A stretch of 64,000 bases of DNA from a virus. Taxonomy: Duplodnaviria > Heunggongvirae > Uroviricota > Caudoviricetes. Positions 18,911-28,018 of the stretch are shown in pieces. A program made the translations under genes and the position numbers. The DNA lies in the IMG/VR virus record IMGVR_UViG_3300031994_000003, positions 194,820-258,819 of that record. One strand, given 5' to 3'. The notes beneath the pieces are model-generated. The model was not told the DNA's origin. It was given only the letters and a program-made list of their open reading frames with translations, and ran no database searches. The first letter of the stretch is position 1. The number at the start of each line of letters is the position of its first letter.

Positions 18911-20098
18911 TTATTCTCCTCTTCTTCTTGCAACTGCACTCTTTAAATATTCTAGATATCCTTCATCTTGGCACATTGCTTTTTCAGGATTATCTGAAAT
19001 TTTTGCAACAGGTCGGTCATTTACATATTGCAATTTAATAACAATATTTAATGGTTCAACACAAGTATCATTAGTAATAAATGTACCGATACCGAATGAT
19101 ACCTTAATTCTATCTTTGAAATATTCATAGATAGCTTGTGCCTTATCAAAGTTTAATGAATCACTAAATAGTAATGTTTTAGTTTTAGGATCAATTCCTA
19201 ACTTTTCATAATGAGCAATAATCTTTTCGCCCCATTCATAAGGGTCACCTGAGTCATGGCGAACACCACTATAGTGATTTGCTTGTACCTTATCAAAATC
19301 CTTTAAGAAACAATCTGTTGTAAGAGTATCTGTTAAAGCAGTACCCAAATCACCTTCATATTCCTCAAACCATTCCTTTAAAGCTACCTTGTTAGACATA
19401 GCTACTGGAATGTCCTCAATGCCTTGATACATTTGAACATATTCATGTGCGTATGTACCAATTGGAGTTAAGCCTAATTTATATGCTAAATAAACATTTG
19501 ATGTACCAACACAATTTTTAGTGTCGATCATTTGCTTAACAACCCATTCTTGGAATTCTCTTGATAGTCTTCTACGACAACCAAATTCAGCAAATTTAAA
19601 AGTATATTTATTAGTAACAAGGAAATCTATTACCTTATCAGATGCTCTTTTTACAGCACTATCTTTTAATTCTTGATAATCATACTTCATTCTGAAATAT
19701 ACTTCATTAACAATTTCAAGTAAATAAATTTCAAATGGAGAAACCATCCAAACTGGTCCTTCAATGCTAATCTTTAGTCTGCCATTATCATCTAAAGAAG
19801 TTGTTACATAACGTCTTAAAGGTCTATATAATCTTAAAGCTTCTACATAATCATACTTTAAAAATCTAATTGAGTGTAGATAATTAATTTCATCATCAGT
19901 AAAACTTAATGTACATAAATGATCAATTTGTGCATTGATTTCATCTAACATTTCATAAGTAAATTTTACATCCTTATTTCTACACTTAAAGATATATTTT
20001 CCTCTTAAATTTGGATGCTTGTGAAACATTACTTGTTGCATTGTAAATTTATAAAGATCTGTGTCTAATAGACTAATAACGATTGGTTCTAATTTCAT
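18911..20098 (-). CDS. pncB: nicotinate phosphoribosyltransferase
   Basis: The N-terminus IVISLLDTDLYKFTMQQVMF matches E. coli PncB [20 protein letters not shown]. The 395 aa length is typical. Confidence 0.8.
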   Translation of the reverse strand: MKLEPIVISLLDTDLYKFTMQQVMFHKHPNLRGKYIFKCRNKDVKFTYEMLDEINAQIDHLCTLSFTDDEINYLHSIRFLKYDYVEALRLYRPLRRYVTTSLDDNGRLKISIEGPVWMVSPFEIYLLEIVNEVYFRMKYDYQELKDSAVKRASDKVIDFLVTNKYTFKFAEFGCRRRLSREFQEWVVKQMIDTKNCVGTSNVYLAYKLGLTPIGTYAHEYVQMYQGIEDIPVAMSNKVALKEWFEEYEGDLGTALTDTLTTDCFLKDFDKVQANHYSGVRHDSGDPYEWGEKIIAHYEKLGIDPKTKTLLFSDSLNFDKAQAIYEYFKDRIKVSFGIGTFITNDTCVEPLNIVIKLQYVNDRPVAKISDNPEKAMCQDEGYLEYLKSAVARRRGE

Positions 20099-20126
20099 AT
20101 TTATTTTCCTCTTTTCCTTTTTATAA

Positions 20127-20732
20127 TTATAATGTTAATTTAAAAATATTTAATATTGAAAGCACACCAAGATATCCTGATAATGTTAATTCTAATTCAT
20201 TATTTTTTACCTTTTTCTGTAAAACAGTTAAAGGAATCTTATGAACTTCAATATCTTCTGTTTCTTCTAAATGTTGAGTACCTTCTTTACTTAACTCAAC
20301 AATGGCAAACATATTTGCCTCATCAGTCATTCCAGCACAAGCAGCTAATGGATAGTTTTGAATAAGTTTAAATGATTTAACCTCTCCACCAACTTCTTCA
20401 TTAACCTCTCTTGTAATTGCTGTTTCAAATGACTCATTATTTTCAATTAAACCAGCTGGGAAAGACATTACATATCTTCCCATAGCTGATCTAAATTCTT
20501 TTACCATAATGGCATATGGAATTCCATCTTCTACAATATATGTAAAGCATTCAACTGCTGTTGGTTTTACTTTATCAGGATTATTCATAACTAAATCTCT
20601 TTCATCATGTCTTGATACAAAGAAATAATTACGAAGTTTTCCATCTGTCATATATTGAGCTGTATAAAATTTTAAGAATTTTTTATCTAAATCCTTTTTT
20701 ACATTTAATAATTCTTGTGTTTTTAAACTCAT
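20127..20732 (-). CDS. Nudix hydrolase (ADP-ribose/NAD pyrophosphatase-like)
   Basis: Nudix box ETAITREVNEEVGGEV. Confidence 0.7.
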   Translation of the reverse strand: MSLKTQELLNVKKDLDKKFLKFYTAQYMTDGKLRNYFFVSRHDERDLVMNNPDKVKPTAVECFTYIVEDGIPYAIMVKEFRSAMGRYVMSFPAGLIENNESFETAITREVNEEVGGEVKSFKLIQNYPLAACAGMTDEANMFAIVELSKEGTQHLEETEDIEVHKIPLTVLQKKVKNNELELTLSGYLGVLSILNIFKLTL

Positions 20733-20748
20733 ACTATTACCTCAAATC

Positions 20749-21369
20749 CTAATTATGATCTGCCTCATCTAACATTTTAACGGTATTTTCTAAAACAGAA
20801 TATAATAATGAATCTTTTGGAATATTATATTTTTCACAAAGACCGTCAAATGATAATAATAAATTACCATTGTTTTGTCTTAAAGAAGATGCTTTACAAT
20901 CACAAAGCATTTCAATAATATCGATAAGTGTCATATCTGCAATACCATTTTTGAAATGTTCAGGGTGATGTCTTTCTTCCCTAAAATGATGATCTAGAGC
21001 AGGTTTTAAAGCTAATTTGCATTCATCATATTCAGGAGAACCATATGTTAAATATTTTAACTTTGCATTTTGTTCAGCAAAAAGTTCTACTTCTGGAGAA
21101 TACAATTTAGACACATCGTGTGTAAATGCTCTTTTTTCTAATAAAGAAATTACATAGAACATAATTTCTTCAACCTTTTTAGTATGTTGAATAGTTTCCC
21201 ATCTACATTCAAAAATTGACATGTAATCTTCTGGTGTTTCATTCTTCTCTACTAAAAAACGTGTTTTTCCACAACATTCACATTTATCTTCAACATCAAA
21301 AAATATTAAATCTTCTGGTTTAGCACCTGGTGCAATTTTACTTAAATAACATTTTTTACAAAAACCCAT
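20749..21369 (-). CDS. HD-domain phosphohydrolase (YfbR/5'-nucleotidase-like) with N-terminal Cys cluster
   Basis: RW...H...AFTHD...D spacing resembles YfbR-type HD hydrolases. The N-terminus has C-x-C-C and CKKC cysteines. Confidence 0.5.
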   Translation of the reverse strand: MGFCKKCYLSKIAPGAKPEDLIFFDVEDKCECCGKTRFLVEKNETPEDYMSIFECRWETIQHTKKVEEIMFYVISLLEKRAFTHDVSKLYSPEVELFAEQNAKLKYLTYGSPEYDECKLALKPALDHHFREERHHPEHFKNGIADMTLIDIIEMLCDCKASSLRQNNGNLLLSFDGLCEKYNIPKDSLLYSVLENTVKMLDEADHN

Positions 21370-21384
21370 TTTATCACCTTTTCC

Positions 21385-21624
21385 TTAATGTTTTCTTTTA
21401 TGTTTATTATCAAATAAACTAATGAAAAATACTACAATAAATACTAATAATGATATTGCTAGTACTGTAGCAGGGCCGATCCATAATGGAAAAACAACCC
21501 AAAACCATGACCAATCAATAACATGTGTTAATTTTAAAATTAAAAATACTATAAATAATATAAACCCTATACCACATCCACCTGATGTAGCGGCAGCTGT
21601 TCCTCTTGAATCATTATCGTTCAT
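21385..21624 (-). CDS. small hydrophobic membrane protein (79 aa)
   Basis: Two predicted TM helices (FILFIVFLILKL ... LAISLLVFIVVFFI). Confidence 0.4.
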   Translation of the reverse strand: MNDNDSRGTAAATSGGCGIGFILFIVFLILKLTHVIDWSWFWVVFPLWIGPATVLAISLLVFIVVFFISLFDNKHKRKH

Positions 21625-22157
21625 TATTGCTCTCCTCCATACTTGTATTTTAAATTTTTAAATATTTCTTTATTATCAGCAATATCAATAAATGTATTTA
21701 ATGCTGAAATTGCTGTATAATTTCTAACATCTTCACGTTCTGGTTCATCAGATGTTAATTTAACATCATATAATTCATTATCATATGCTATTGTCATAAA
21801 AACTTCTCCTTGTGGGTGCCCATCATCAGGACCTGGTCCAGATACACCACTAACAGCTATTGCACAGTCTGCATCATATAATTTCATAACTCCTAAACAC
21901 ATCATTCGCGTAGTCTCAAAATTATATGCGCCATTTTTATCTAAGAAGTCTTTATCAACACCTAAAACCTTATTCTTAATTTGATTGGTATAGACAGTTA
22001 CACCACCCTGATAATACTTACTAATTCCTGGAACTGAACAGATGCGTTCTGAAATCTTTCCAGCAGTTAGAGATTCAGCAACTGCTAACTTCAAATGATT
22101 AGTTTCTAGAATTGTTTTTAATCTATTTAAATCATATAATTCAATCATATTATTCAC
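21624..22157 (-). CDS. pncC: CinA C-terminal domain protein (PncC-like NMN deamidase)
   Basis: LKLAVAESLTAGKISERI corresponds to the CinA motif AESCTGG. The 177 aa length is typical of the CinA C-domain. Confidence 0.7.
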   Translation of the reverse strand: MNNMIELYDLNRLKTILETNHLKLAVAESLTAGKISERICSVPGISKYYQGGVTVYTNQIKNKVLGVDKDFLDKNGAYNFETTRMMCLGVMKLYDADCAIAVSGVSGPGPDDGHPQGEVFMTIAYDNELYDVKLTSDEPEREDVRNYTAISALNTFIDIADNKEIFKNLKYKYGGEQ

Positions 22158-22159
22158 CT

Positions 22160-23002
22160 TTAAATTCTAATTTCTAAACCTGATTCAAACTTTGGCATTA
22201 ATGTAACCTTATGTAAATTAGCAGCATGCATTCTATCAATTTTTTCTTTATGTACTAAATTTAAAATTTCGCCAGTTCTAATATATCTATCTAATTCATC
22301 ATAAGTAAAACCAAGTTTTTCTTCATCAGATTTTCCTGACATTCCATCATCTGGTGTCTTAAAAATTAAATCCTTTAATTCATCATAAATTCCAAGTCTA
22401 GTAGCACATACTACACCAACTTGTAATACTTCTGCAACAGTTAAATTTGCTAATGGACTAAAATCTCCGGCACTATCACCAAACTTTGTTGAATATCCAA
22501 CCCAATCCTCACTTAAATTACAAGTATTAACAACTCGTGTATTTCCTAATATAGCAGCAATACCATATAGTGTTGTCATTCTAACTCTAGCCGGAGTGTT
22601 TGTGTCATACATATCACCAAAAGTATTATTTACTCTCATTATTTCTTGCATTCTTTTACTTAATAAAGAACCTTTGCAAAAGTCTTCAAAAGAAGAGTGC
22701 CAAATAGCTGATGCTAAATCATTACACACATTACCAATATTAATAATATTAGCATTAATTCCAAGTAATTTGCAAACTTTTTTACTATCATTAATATCCT
22801 TTTGCATTCCATTTGGCATCATAACACCAAATACTTTGTCTTTTCCAATTGCTAGAACTGACAACATTGCAGTGATTGTTGAATCTTTACCACCACTAAT
22901 TCCTATTGCTATATTACAGGTACCGGCTTGTTCTCTAATCCAAGCAATAATATTATCTGTAATTAATTCAGCATTAAATTCATATTTATCATACATCTGC
23001 AT
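22160..23002 (-). CDS. nadE: NH3-dependent NAD+ synthetase
   Basis: PP-loop SGGKDS within IAIGISGGKDSTITAML. Length is 280 aa. Confidence 0.8.
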   Translation of the reverse strand: MQMYDKYEFNAELITDNIIAWIREQAGTCNIAIGISGGKDSTITAMLSVLAIGKDKVFGVMMPNGMQKDINDSKKVCKLLGINANIINIGNVCNDLASAIWHSSFEDFCKGSLLSKRMQEIMRVNNTFGDMYDTNTPARVRMTTLYGIAAILGNTRVVNTCNLSEDWVGYSTKFGDSAGDFSPLANLTVAEVLQVGVVCATRLGIYDELKDLIFKTPDDGMSGKSDEEKLGFTYDELDRYIRTGEILNLVHKEKIDRMHAANLHKVTLMPKFESGLEIRI

Positions 23003-23018
23003 TATTTATATTCTCCTT

Positions 23019-23657
23019 TTAGTTATTTAAAATACTATTAAAATCTGATATTTCATTAAATCTGTCTTTATATAATGAATATATGTTAATTAATTTTTTA
23101 CGAGATGAAGAACTCAATTCTTCATGCTTTAGTAAATATATCATATGATTTACATACCAATCAGTAAAAATATTATCTATTATACTTAATAAATGAGATA
23201 ACAAATCTACTTGACATGAAATCTTAATTTTCTTAACAACATTTTCCATATATTCATTTATTTTTCCATTATCAATATAATAATTAAACATATTCTTTAA
23301 TTCTTCTTCATATTTATCGCACGGATCATAATAAATTGCATCAACTATATCTGTTAAAATACGTGCATCACTATCAGGATTAATAGTTATATTATTAGTA
23401 CTTTTATAATTTGATATAAATCTACTTAATAATTTTACTTGATAATCATTTAATTCTATTACATTAGTCGGATATTCTCTTTCATCTAATGTAAGTAGTA
23501 GTGACTTATCTTTAATTGTAGCATTAGTTAATTTAATTATTTCATCAAATGCTTTAGATTTTAATGGAACTAAATCATCATCTAATGCTTCATAATGTGC
23601 ATCTTTAATAAAAGATTTATGTAATGATTCTGCTAAATCATCACTAGTATCATGCAT
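23019..23657 (-). CDS. hypothetical protein (212 aa)
   Basis: Intact ORF with no motif recognised. Confidence 0.35.
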   Translation of the reverse strand: MHDTSDDLAESLHKSFIKDAHYEALDDDLVPLKSKAFDEIIKLTNATIKDKSLLLTLDEREYPTNVIELNDYQVKLLSRFISNYKSTNNITINPDSDARILTDIVDAIYYDPCDKYEEELKNMFNYYIDNGKINEYMENVVKKIKISCQVDLLSHLLSIIDNIFTDWYVNHMIYLLKHEELSSSSRKKLINIYSLYKDRFNEISDFNSILNN

Positions 23658-23685
23658 AATAATACACCATCCTTTTATTTAATTT

Positions 23686-24066
23686 TTACTTCACCATCCA
23701 AATATAACAAACCAAATAAGTTAAAATAACCTGAACAAAATGAATAGATTGATCAGTAATTAAATTTATTTTATGTCTATTTGCTTTAATATCATCAACA
23801 GTTGCATGTATTATAAAATTAATAGGAATTAACCACCAAATAAAATTGCCACTAATCATAGTTGGAATCATTATTGATATGCTCCACATCATTGCATGAC
23901 AAGAAACTGACATTAAATAATCATATTTATATTTTTCATCAGGTGCATGTTGTTCCCACCATTCTTTTTGTTTTAAATTACTTAGACACATTCCTTGCAA
24001 AAAGAAATCATCTATAAAATGTGCTAAGAATATTAATGCTAACCACATAATATTATCATTCATCAT
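23686..24066 (-). CDS. hypothetical membrane protein (126 aa)
   Basis: Several hydrophobic helices. Confidence 0.35.
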   Translation of the reverse strand: MMNDNIMWLALIFLAHFIDDFFLQGMCLSNLKQKEWWEQHAPDEKYKYDYLMSVSCHAMMWSISIMIPTMISGNFIWWLIPINFIIHATVDDIKANRHKINLITDQSIHFVQVILTYLVCYIWMVK

Positions 24067-24316
24067 TACTTTCCTCCTTATTAATTTCTATTGTTATTCT
24101 ATATCCATTTTTAGAATAACTATTTTTATAAGAATCCAAAGTTTTATTATTCACACCATCAATTATAGTATTAAATACTGCTTGATCTTTAATTCTCTCT
24201 TTTAGAGAGTCATATGCATTTTCAAAATAATCATCATTTTCTTTTGTTCTATTTGCTATTTGATATCTATGGTCTAGTAATAATCTTATAGCTCTTAATA
24301 TTTCTAAATCATCCAT
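24056..24316 (-). CDS. hypothetical protein (86 aa)
   Basis: Intact ORF. Confidence 0.3.
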   Translation of the reverse strand: MDDLEILRAIRLLLDHRYQIANRTKENDDYFENAYDSLKERIKDQAVFNTIIDGVNNKTLDSYKNSYSKNGYRITIEINKEESNDE

Positions 24317-24520
24317 AAACTACTCCTTTATATATTTAATCATAGCTTTTGATTTCTTTTGTGAAATATCTTCAGCTTTGTATTTATGAGATAATAATAA
24401 AGAGAGAACTTCTTTTGCTTGTTCTCCCTTATTACATATTATCTGACCTTTTATTTTTGTATAATTATTAGTTGTTTTTTCTACATGATTTTTCATAGAA
24501 GATACCTCCTTGTTTTTTCA

Positions 24521-24859
24521 TTATGCTAGTTTATATGTTACTTCTTTAAATCCTATGTTGTCGCAGAAAAAATACCTAGAATATCTTGAATCTATATCAC
24601 GCAACTCAACAATATCTCCTACACTCATAGAATGAGGAGCAAAATTTTTTGGAAGTTCCATATTAAATTTATAAAATAATTGTTCTAAAAATTTATAAAT
24701 GTTATCAATATCTATTTTATTTATATTACCATTTAAACCACTATCATCTTGCCATACACTAACATAATCACCAATGCTAATTTTATCGTCAATTAGGTCT
24801 AGGCTTTTAAATAAATTTTTATGATTATGTGGTAAATACCATAAATAATATCGTATCAT
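24521..24859 (-). CDS. hypothetical protein (112 aa)
   Basis: Intact ORF that overlaps the NADAR gene start by 4 nt. Confidence 0.35.
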   Translation of the reverse strand: MIRYYLWYLPHNHKNLFKSLDLIDDKISIGDYVSVWQDDSGLNGNINKIDIDNIYKFLEQLFYKFNMELPKNFAPHSMSVGDIVELRDIDSRYSRYFFCDNIGFKEVTYKLA

Positions 24860-25338
24860 AAGACATCTCCATTTACAATATCTCTATAATATTTTCTAAT
24901 ATCCATTAATACCTTACCTAATAAATTTTGACCAGTACCCTTTTTTCCAACACCCCAAATATAATCAAATGGAGAGTTTTCAAATAAATATGCATCCTTA
25001 GTATCAATTAATAATTTTCTTAAATCCTTATTATGAAAATATTTTGCCATATTTACTTGATACATAATATTATAACGAATTTCATTCCATTTTGTATCAT
25101 CATAATTTTTAACTTCTCTACCAAGTCGTTTGATTTTTAATGGATCTGTTTCATTAAGTATTTTTGCAGCTGTTTCATTATCATTAAATGTCATTGCTTT
25201 CATCCACATAAATGCTTGCTCAGTGCAATTAAATTGTCTATGGGCATATACAAATTTACATGGATAAAAGTTACTAAAACACTTATAATCACCTTCTGTG
25301 TGTGACCAAAATCCAATTTTATTCATTTTATTCACCAC
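24856..25338 (-). CDS. NADAR (YbiA/DUF1768) domain protein
   Basis: Motifs FSNFYP, TEQAFMWMKA and DYIWGVGKKGTGQNLLGKVLMDIR match the NADAR family. Confidence 0.65.
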   Translation of the reverse strand: MVNKMNKIGFWSHTEGDYKCFSNFYPCKFVYAHRQFNCTEQAFMWMKAMTFNDNETAAKILNETDPLKIKRLGREVKNYDDTKWNEIRYNIMYQVNMAKYFHNKDLRKLLIDTKDAYLFENSPFDYIWGVGKKGTGQNLLGKVLMDIRKYYRDIVNGDVL

Positions 25339-25544
25339 CTAATACGCGATGAGTTCCTTGTAAAACAGATCCAATTTTTTCACAATCAATATTTATCACA
25401 GCATCATCTGCATCAGCATGACCTGATAATTTATATTCTGTAAATCTATCTGTTAAACAAATTGGCTTATTTCCATATTTATTTAATAATTCACTTGAAA
25501 AAATAACTAAGTCTTGAATAGTTTTTATTTCCATAGAATCCTCC

Positions 25545-26327
25545 TTATTCATCTAAAAACACATATTGCTCAACATAATTTTTATCTTCAGAAAATCTTG
25601 GAATATTTTCATCAATAATCCATTCACTACATCCTTGTTCATCATATCTTTTAATACAACAACTTCCACGTTGATATTTAACTGGATATGTTGTAATATC
25701 GTGATCTTTCTTAGCAATTAAAATTCTAGTATCATTTAATTTCTTTCCACATAATTCATTTTGTGAATATAATGATTGAGCAACTGAATTAATTGCATTT
25801 CTTTCAGCATCTAATTGTCTCCAAACAAAGCAATTATTTACTTCTTCTTTTGGAATATTAAATGCTCTAGCATCAAAATATGCACCTTTTTCAAATGCAT
25901 TATAATATACAACATTTTGATTTTCATCATTATCTGATTTTTTCATTCGATCAGTCATTAATCTACCAAATGCTCTGTTAAATGCTAATGCTGCCATTGA
26001 TGCTGCTACTGATGTAATCTTCTCTAATTTGTAATCAAACCATGCACTTGTTTCCAAAGTATCATAATCAATTAATAATAATGTGATTTCATCAGATTGA
26101 GTATATCCAATTTTACAACCTTGAACATGCTCACATAAATATTTAGTTGTTTCTTGCATTGCTCTTGAGAATAAATCATCAAAAGGTTTTACAAATTTTC
26201 TTGTAAAAGTATGAAAAGCACAACCATCTAAACGAATAATAACAGGAGTTCTCCTAGTTAATTTATGTTTAGAAATATTTTCATAATTTGCTTTCATTCT
26301 ATCTCCAATTTTATCTACAAATGACAT
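25545..26327 (-). CDS. Thg1-like protein (tRNA-His guanylyltransferase family 3'-5' nucleotidyltransferase)
   Basis: VIIRLDGCAFHTFTRKFVKPFD, GYTQSDE and FDARAFNIPKEEVNNCFVWRQLDAERNAINS align with Thg1 VVVRLDGRNFHRF, AYGQSDE and FDGRVVVYP...SWRQAD. Confidence 0.8.
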   Translation of the reverse strand: MSFVDKIGDRMKANYENISKHKLTRRTPVIIRLDGCAFHTFTRKFVKPFDDLFSRAMQETTKYLCEHVQGCKIGYTQSDEITLLLIDYDTLETSAWFDYKLEKITSVAASMAALAFNRAFGRLMTDRMKKSDNDENQNVVYYNAFEKGAYFDARAFNIPKEEVNNCFVWRQLDAERNAINSVAQSLYSQNELCGKKLNDTRILIAKKDHDITTYPVKYQRGSCCIKRYDEQGCSEWIIDENIPRFSEDKNYVEQYVFLDE

Positions 26328-26342
26328 ATTGCTTACCTTCTT

Positions 26343-27047
26343 TTACCATTTTTTGTATAATTTACCATTTTCTCTAAATACTCTATATCTATATTTAGAT
26401 GCCAAACAATTTGTATCATATCTCAAACTGTCTGTATTAAAATTAATTTGCCTGAAAACTTCTGAACTAATCTTATGCGAATCAATATATTCATTTACTT
26501 CAGTATCCTTCTTTGCATGCTGAAGATCCTTTATTGTTATTTGATCAACATATTGTCCATTATAGTTTTCTTTAATATAATCAAAATTTTCTACTGTTGC
26601 TAAAATAACCCATCTTATAATTGGTTTAGTTGCCTTATTTTCATTACTATTTCTTACTTCTGCGATTTTTATAGCTTTTGCTATATCAGATGGCATTGCT
26701 AATGAATATGCAATAACATCAAAATCTTTTACAAATGATTCATCAAATGACTGTATGTTGTGTGTTTGTAATTCAATCTTCTGTATATTTGGCCGTGTAT
26801 CTTTATCAATAAAATTAATTACCTCATGAATCCAATTTTTATTTAAAGTTGGTTCTGTAGCACCTGTTATTATAATATCACCATTCATATTTTGTAATAT
26901 TTTATTTAATTTATTGAAATATTTTGCTTTATTTATATTATATAAATTTTTAAATTTATTATTATTTGATGCAATACACATTGGACAATTATATAGACAT
27001 TTTTGATATGGAACACATAATTGTAAATTTAAATTATATTTTTTCAT
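26343..27047 (-). CDS. radical SAM enzyme (QueE/activase-like; function unresolved)
   Basis: CxxxCxxC cluster CLYNCPMC near the N-terminus and a GGE-like motif TGATEPTL. Length is 234 aa. Confidence 0.55.
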   Translation of the reverse strand: MKKYNLNLQLCVPYQKCLYNCPMCIASNNNKFKNLYNINKAKYFNKLNKILQNMNGDIIITGATEPTLNKNWIHEVINFIDKDTRPNIQKIELQTHNIQSFDESFVKDFDVIAYSLAMPSDIAKAIKIAEVRNSNENKATKPIIRWVILATVENFDYIKENYNGQYVDQITIKDLQHAKKDTEVNEYIDSHKISSEVFRQINFNTDSLRYDTNCLASKYRYRVFRENGKLYKKW

Positions 27048-27367
27048 ACTACCTCCATAATTTTTAAATCTTCTTTATTTAATGACCACAATTCTCCATA
27101 AGATTTTAATGGATATATAATTTTATAATCTCCTACTTTTATTACCTTATTATCAAGATCTATTGATACATCAAAATCCATTTGTAATGTTATAATTGTG
27201 TTATTAAATTTAAAATATACATAGTCTGTGTCTTTTGATGCTAATAATTTAAAAAGTATAACTGCATCAATTTCATACTTTTTTTCTAATTTTTCAATCT
27301 CTTGAATCTTATTTTGGTTCATATTATTTTCCTTTCTGAATATGGATATATCATGAGTATTTGTCAT
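27044..27367 (-). CDS. hypothetical protein (107 aa)
   Basis: Intact ORF overlapping the radical SAM gene start. Confidence 0.3.
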   Translation of the reverse strand: MTNTHDISIFRKENNMNQNKIQEIEKLEKKYEIDAVILFKLLASKDTDYVYFKFNNTIITLQMDFDVSIDLDNKVIKVGDYKIIYPLKSYGELWSLNKEDLKIMEVV

Positions 27368-27448
27368 ATATATCCTATTATAATAATATATATAACAAAA
27401 AAAAATTAAAAATATAAGCTATAACTTATATTTTTTATTATTCTTTTC

Positions 27449-27523
27449 TGGCAGGGGTAGAAGGACTCGAACCCACACTCACGGTTTTGGAGACCGGCTT
27501 GCTACCATTGACAATATACCCCT
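27449..27523 (-). tRNA. tRNA-Trp (CCA)
   Basis: Acceptor AGGGGTA/TACCCCT, anticodon loop CTCCAAA, T-arm GTGGG-TTCGAGT-CCTTC, CCA encoded. Confidence 0.8.
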
Positions 27524-27526
27524 ATA

Positions 27527-27602
27527 TGGTGCCACCGGGTGGAATTGAACCACCGACACAAGGATTTTCAGTCCTTTGCTCTACCAACTGAGCTACAGTG
27601 GC
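27527..27602 (-). tRNA. tRNA-Phe (GAA)
   Basis: GCCACTG...AAGGA-CTGAAAA-TCCTT...GGTGG-TTCAATT-CCACC-CGGTGGC-A-CCA. Confidence 0.85.
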
Positions 27603-27603
27603 A

Positions 27604-27692
27604 TGGAGGATAGGGTCGGATTCGAACCGACGCGGACCGACGTCCCTAACAGTGTTGCAGACTGCCCTCTTCAGCCTCTTGAGTACCTACCC
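27604..27692 (-). tRNA. class II (long variable arm) tRNA with Cys anticodon GCA and U73
   Basis: GGGTAGG-TA-CTC-AAGAGGCTGAA-GAG-G-GCAGT-CTGCAAC-ACTGT, then variable hairpin GGAC-GTCG-GTCC, then GTCGG-TTCGAAT-CCGAC-CCTATCC-T-CCA. The D-arm is nearly identical to that of tRNA-Ser(GCT) at 30557. Confidence 0.6.
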
Positions 27693-27712
27693 TATGTATT
27701 AGATTGATTATC

Positions 27713-28018
27713 TTAACCAATCGTTAAATTTATAAAATGATTAATAACATCAGGTAAATCAGTTTTATTTATTTTAATATATTTACCATTATTCCACTTA
27801 TAATACTGTGTTATAGTGTCATCAACTATTGGATATATTCCAGGATTTGCTGCTTCTATAACGGCATATGGATAATATCCTGCTTCATAGATATCACAAC
27901 AGTTACTTAAAATACGTTGTTCGGCTTCTTCAAAAGTTTCAAAAAAGCCAACAGTTCTAATACCTGATGGACCATATTTATCATCAATTTTATTAATTGT
28001 TCCTATGAAGTAAATCAT
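27713..28018 (-). CDS. hypothetical protein (101 aa)
   Basis: Intact ORF within the tRNA array. Confidence 0.35.
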   Translation of the reverse strand: MIYFIGTINKIDDKYGPSGIRTVGFFETFEEAEQRILSNCCDIYEAGYYPYAVIEAANPGIYPIVDDTITQYYKWNNGKYIKINKTDLPDVINHFINLTIG

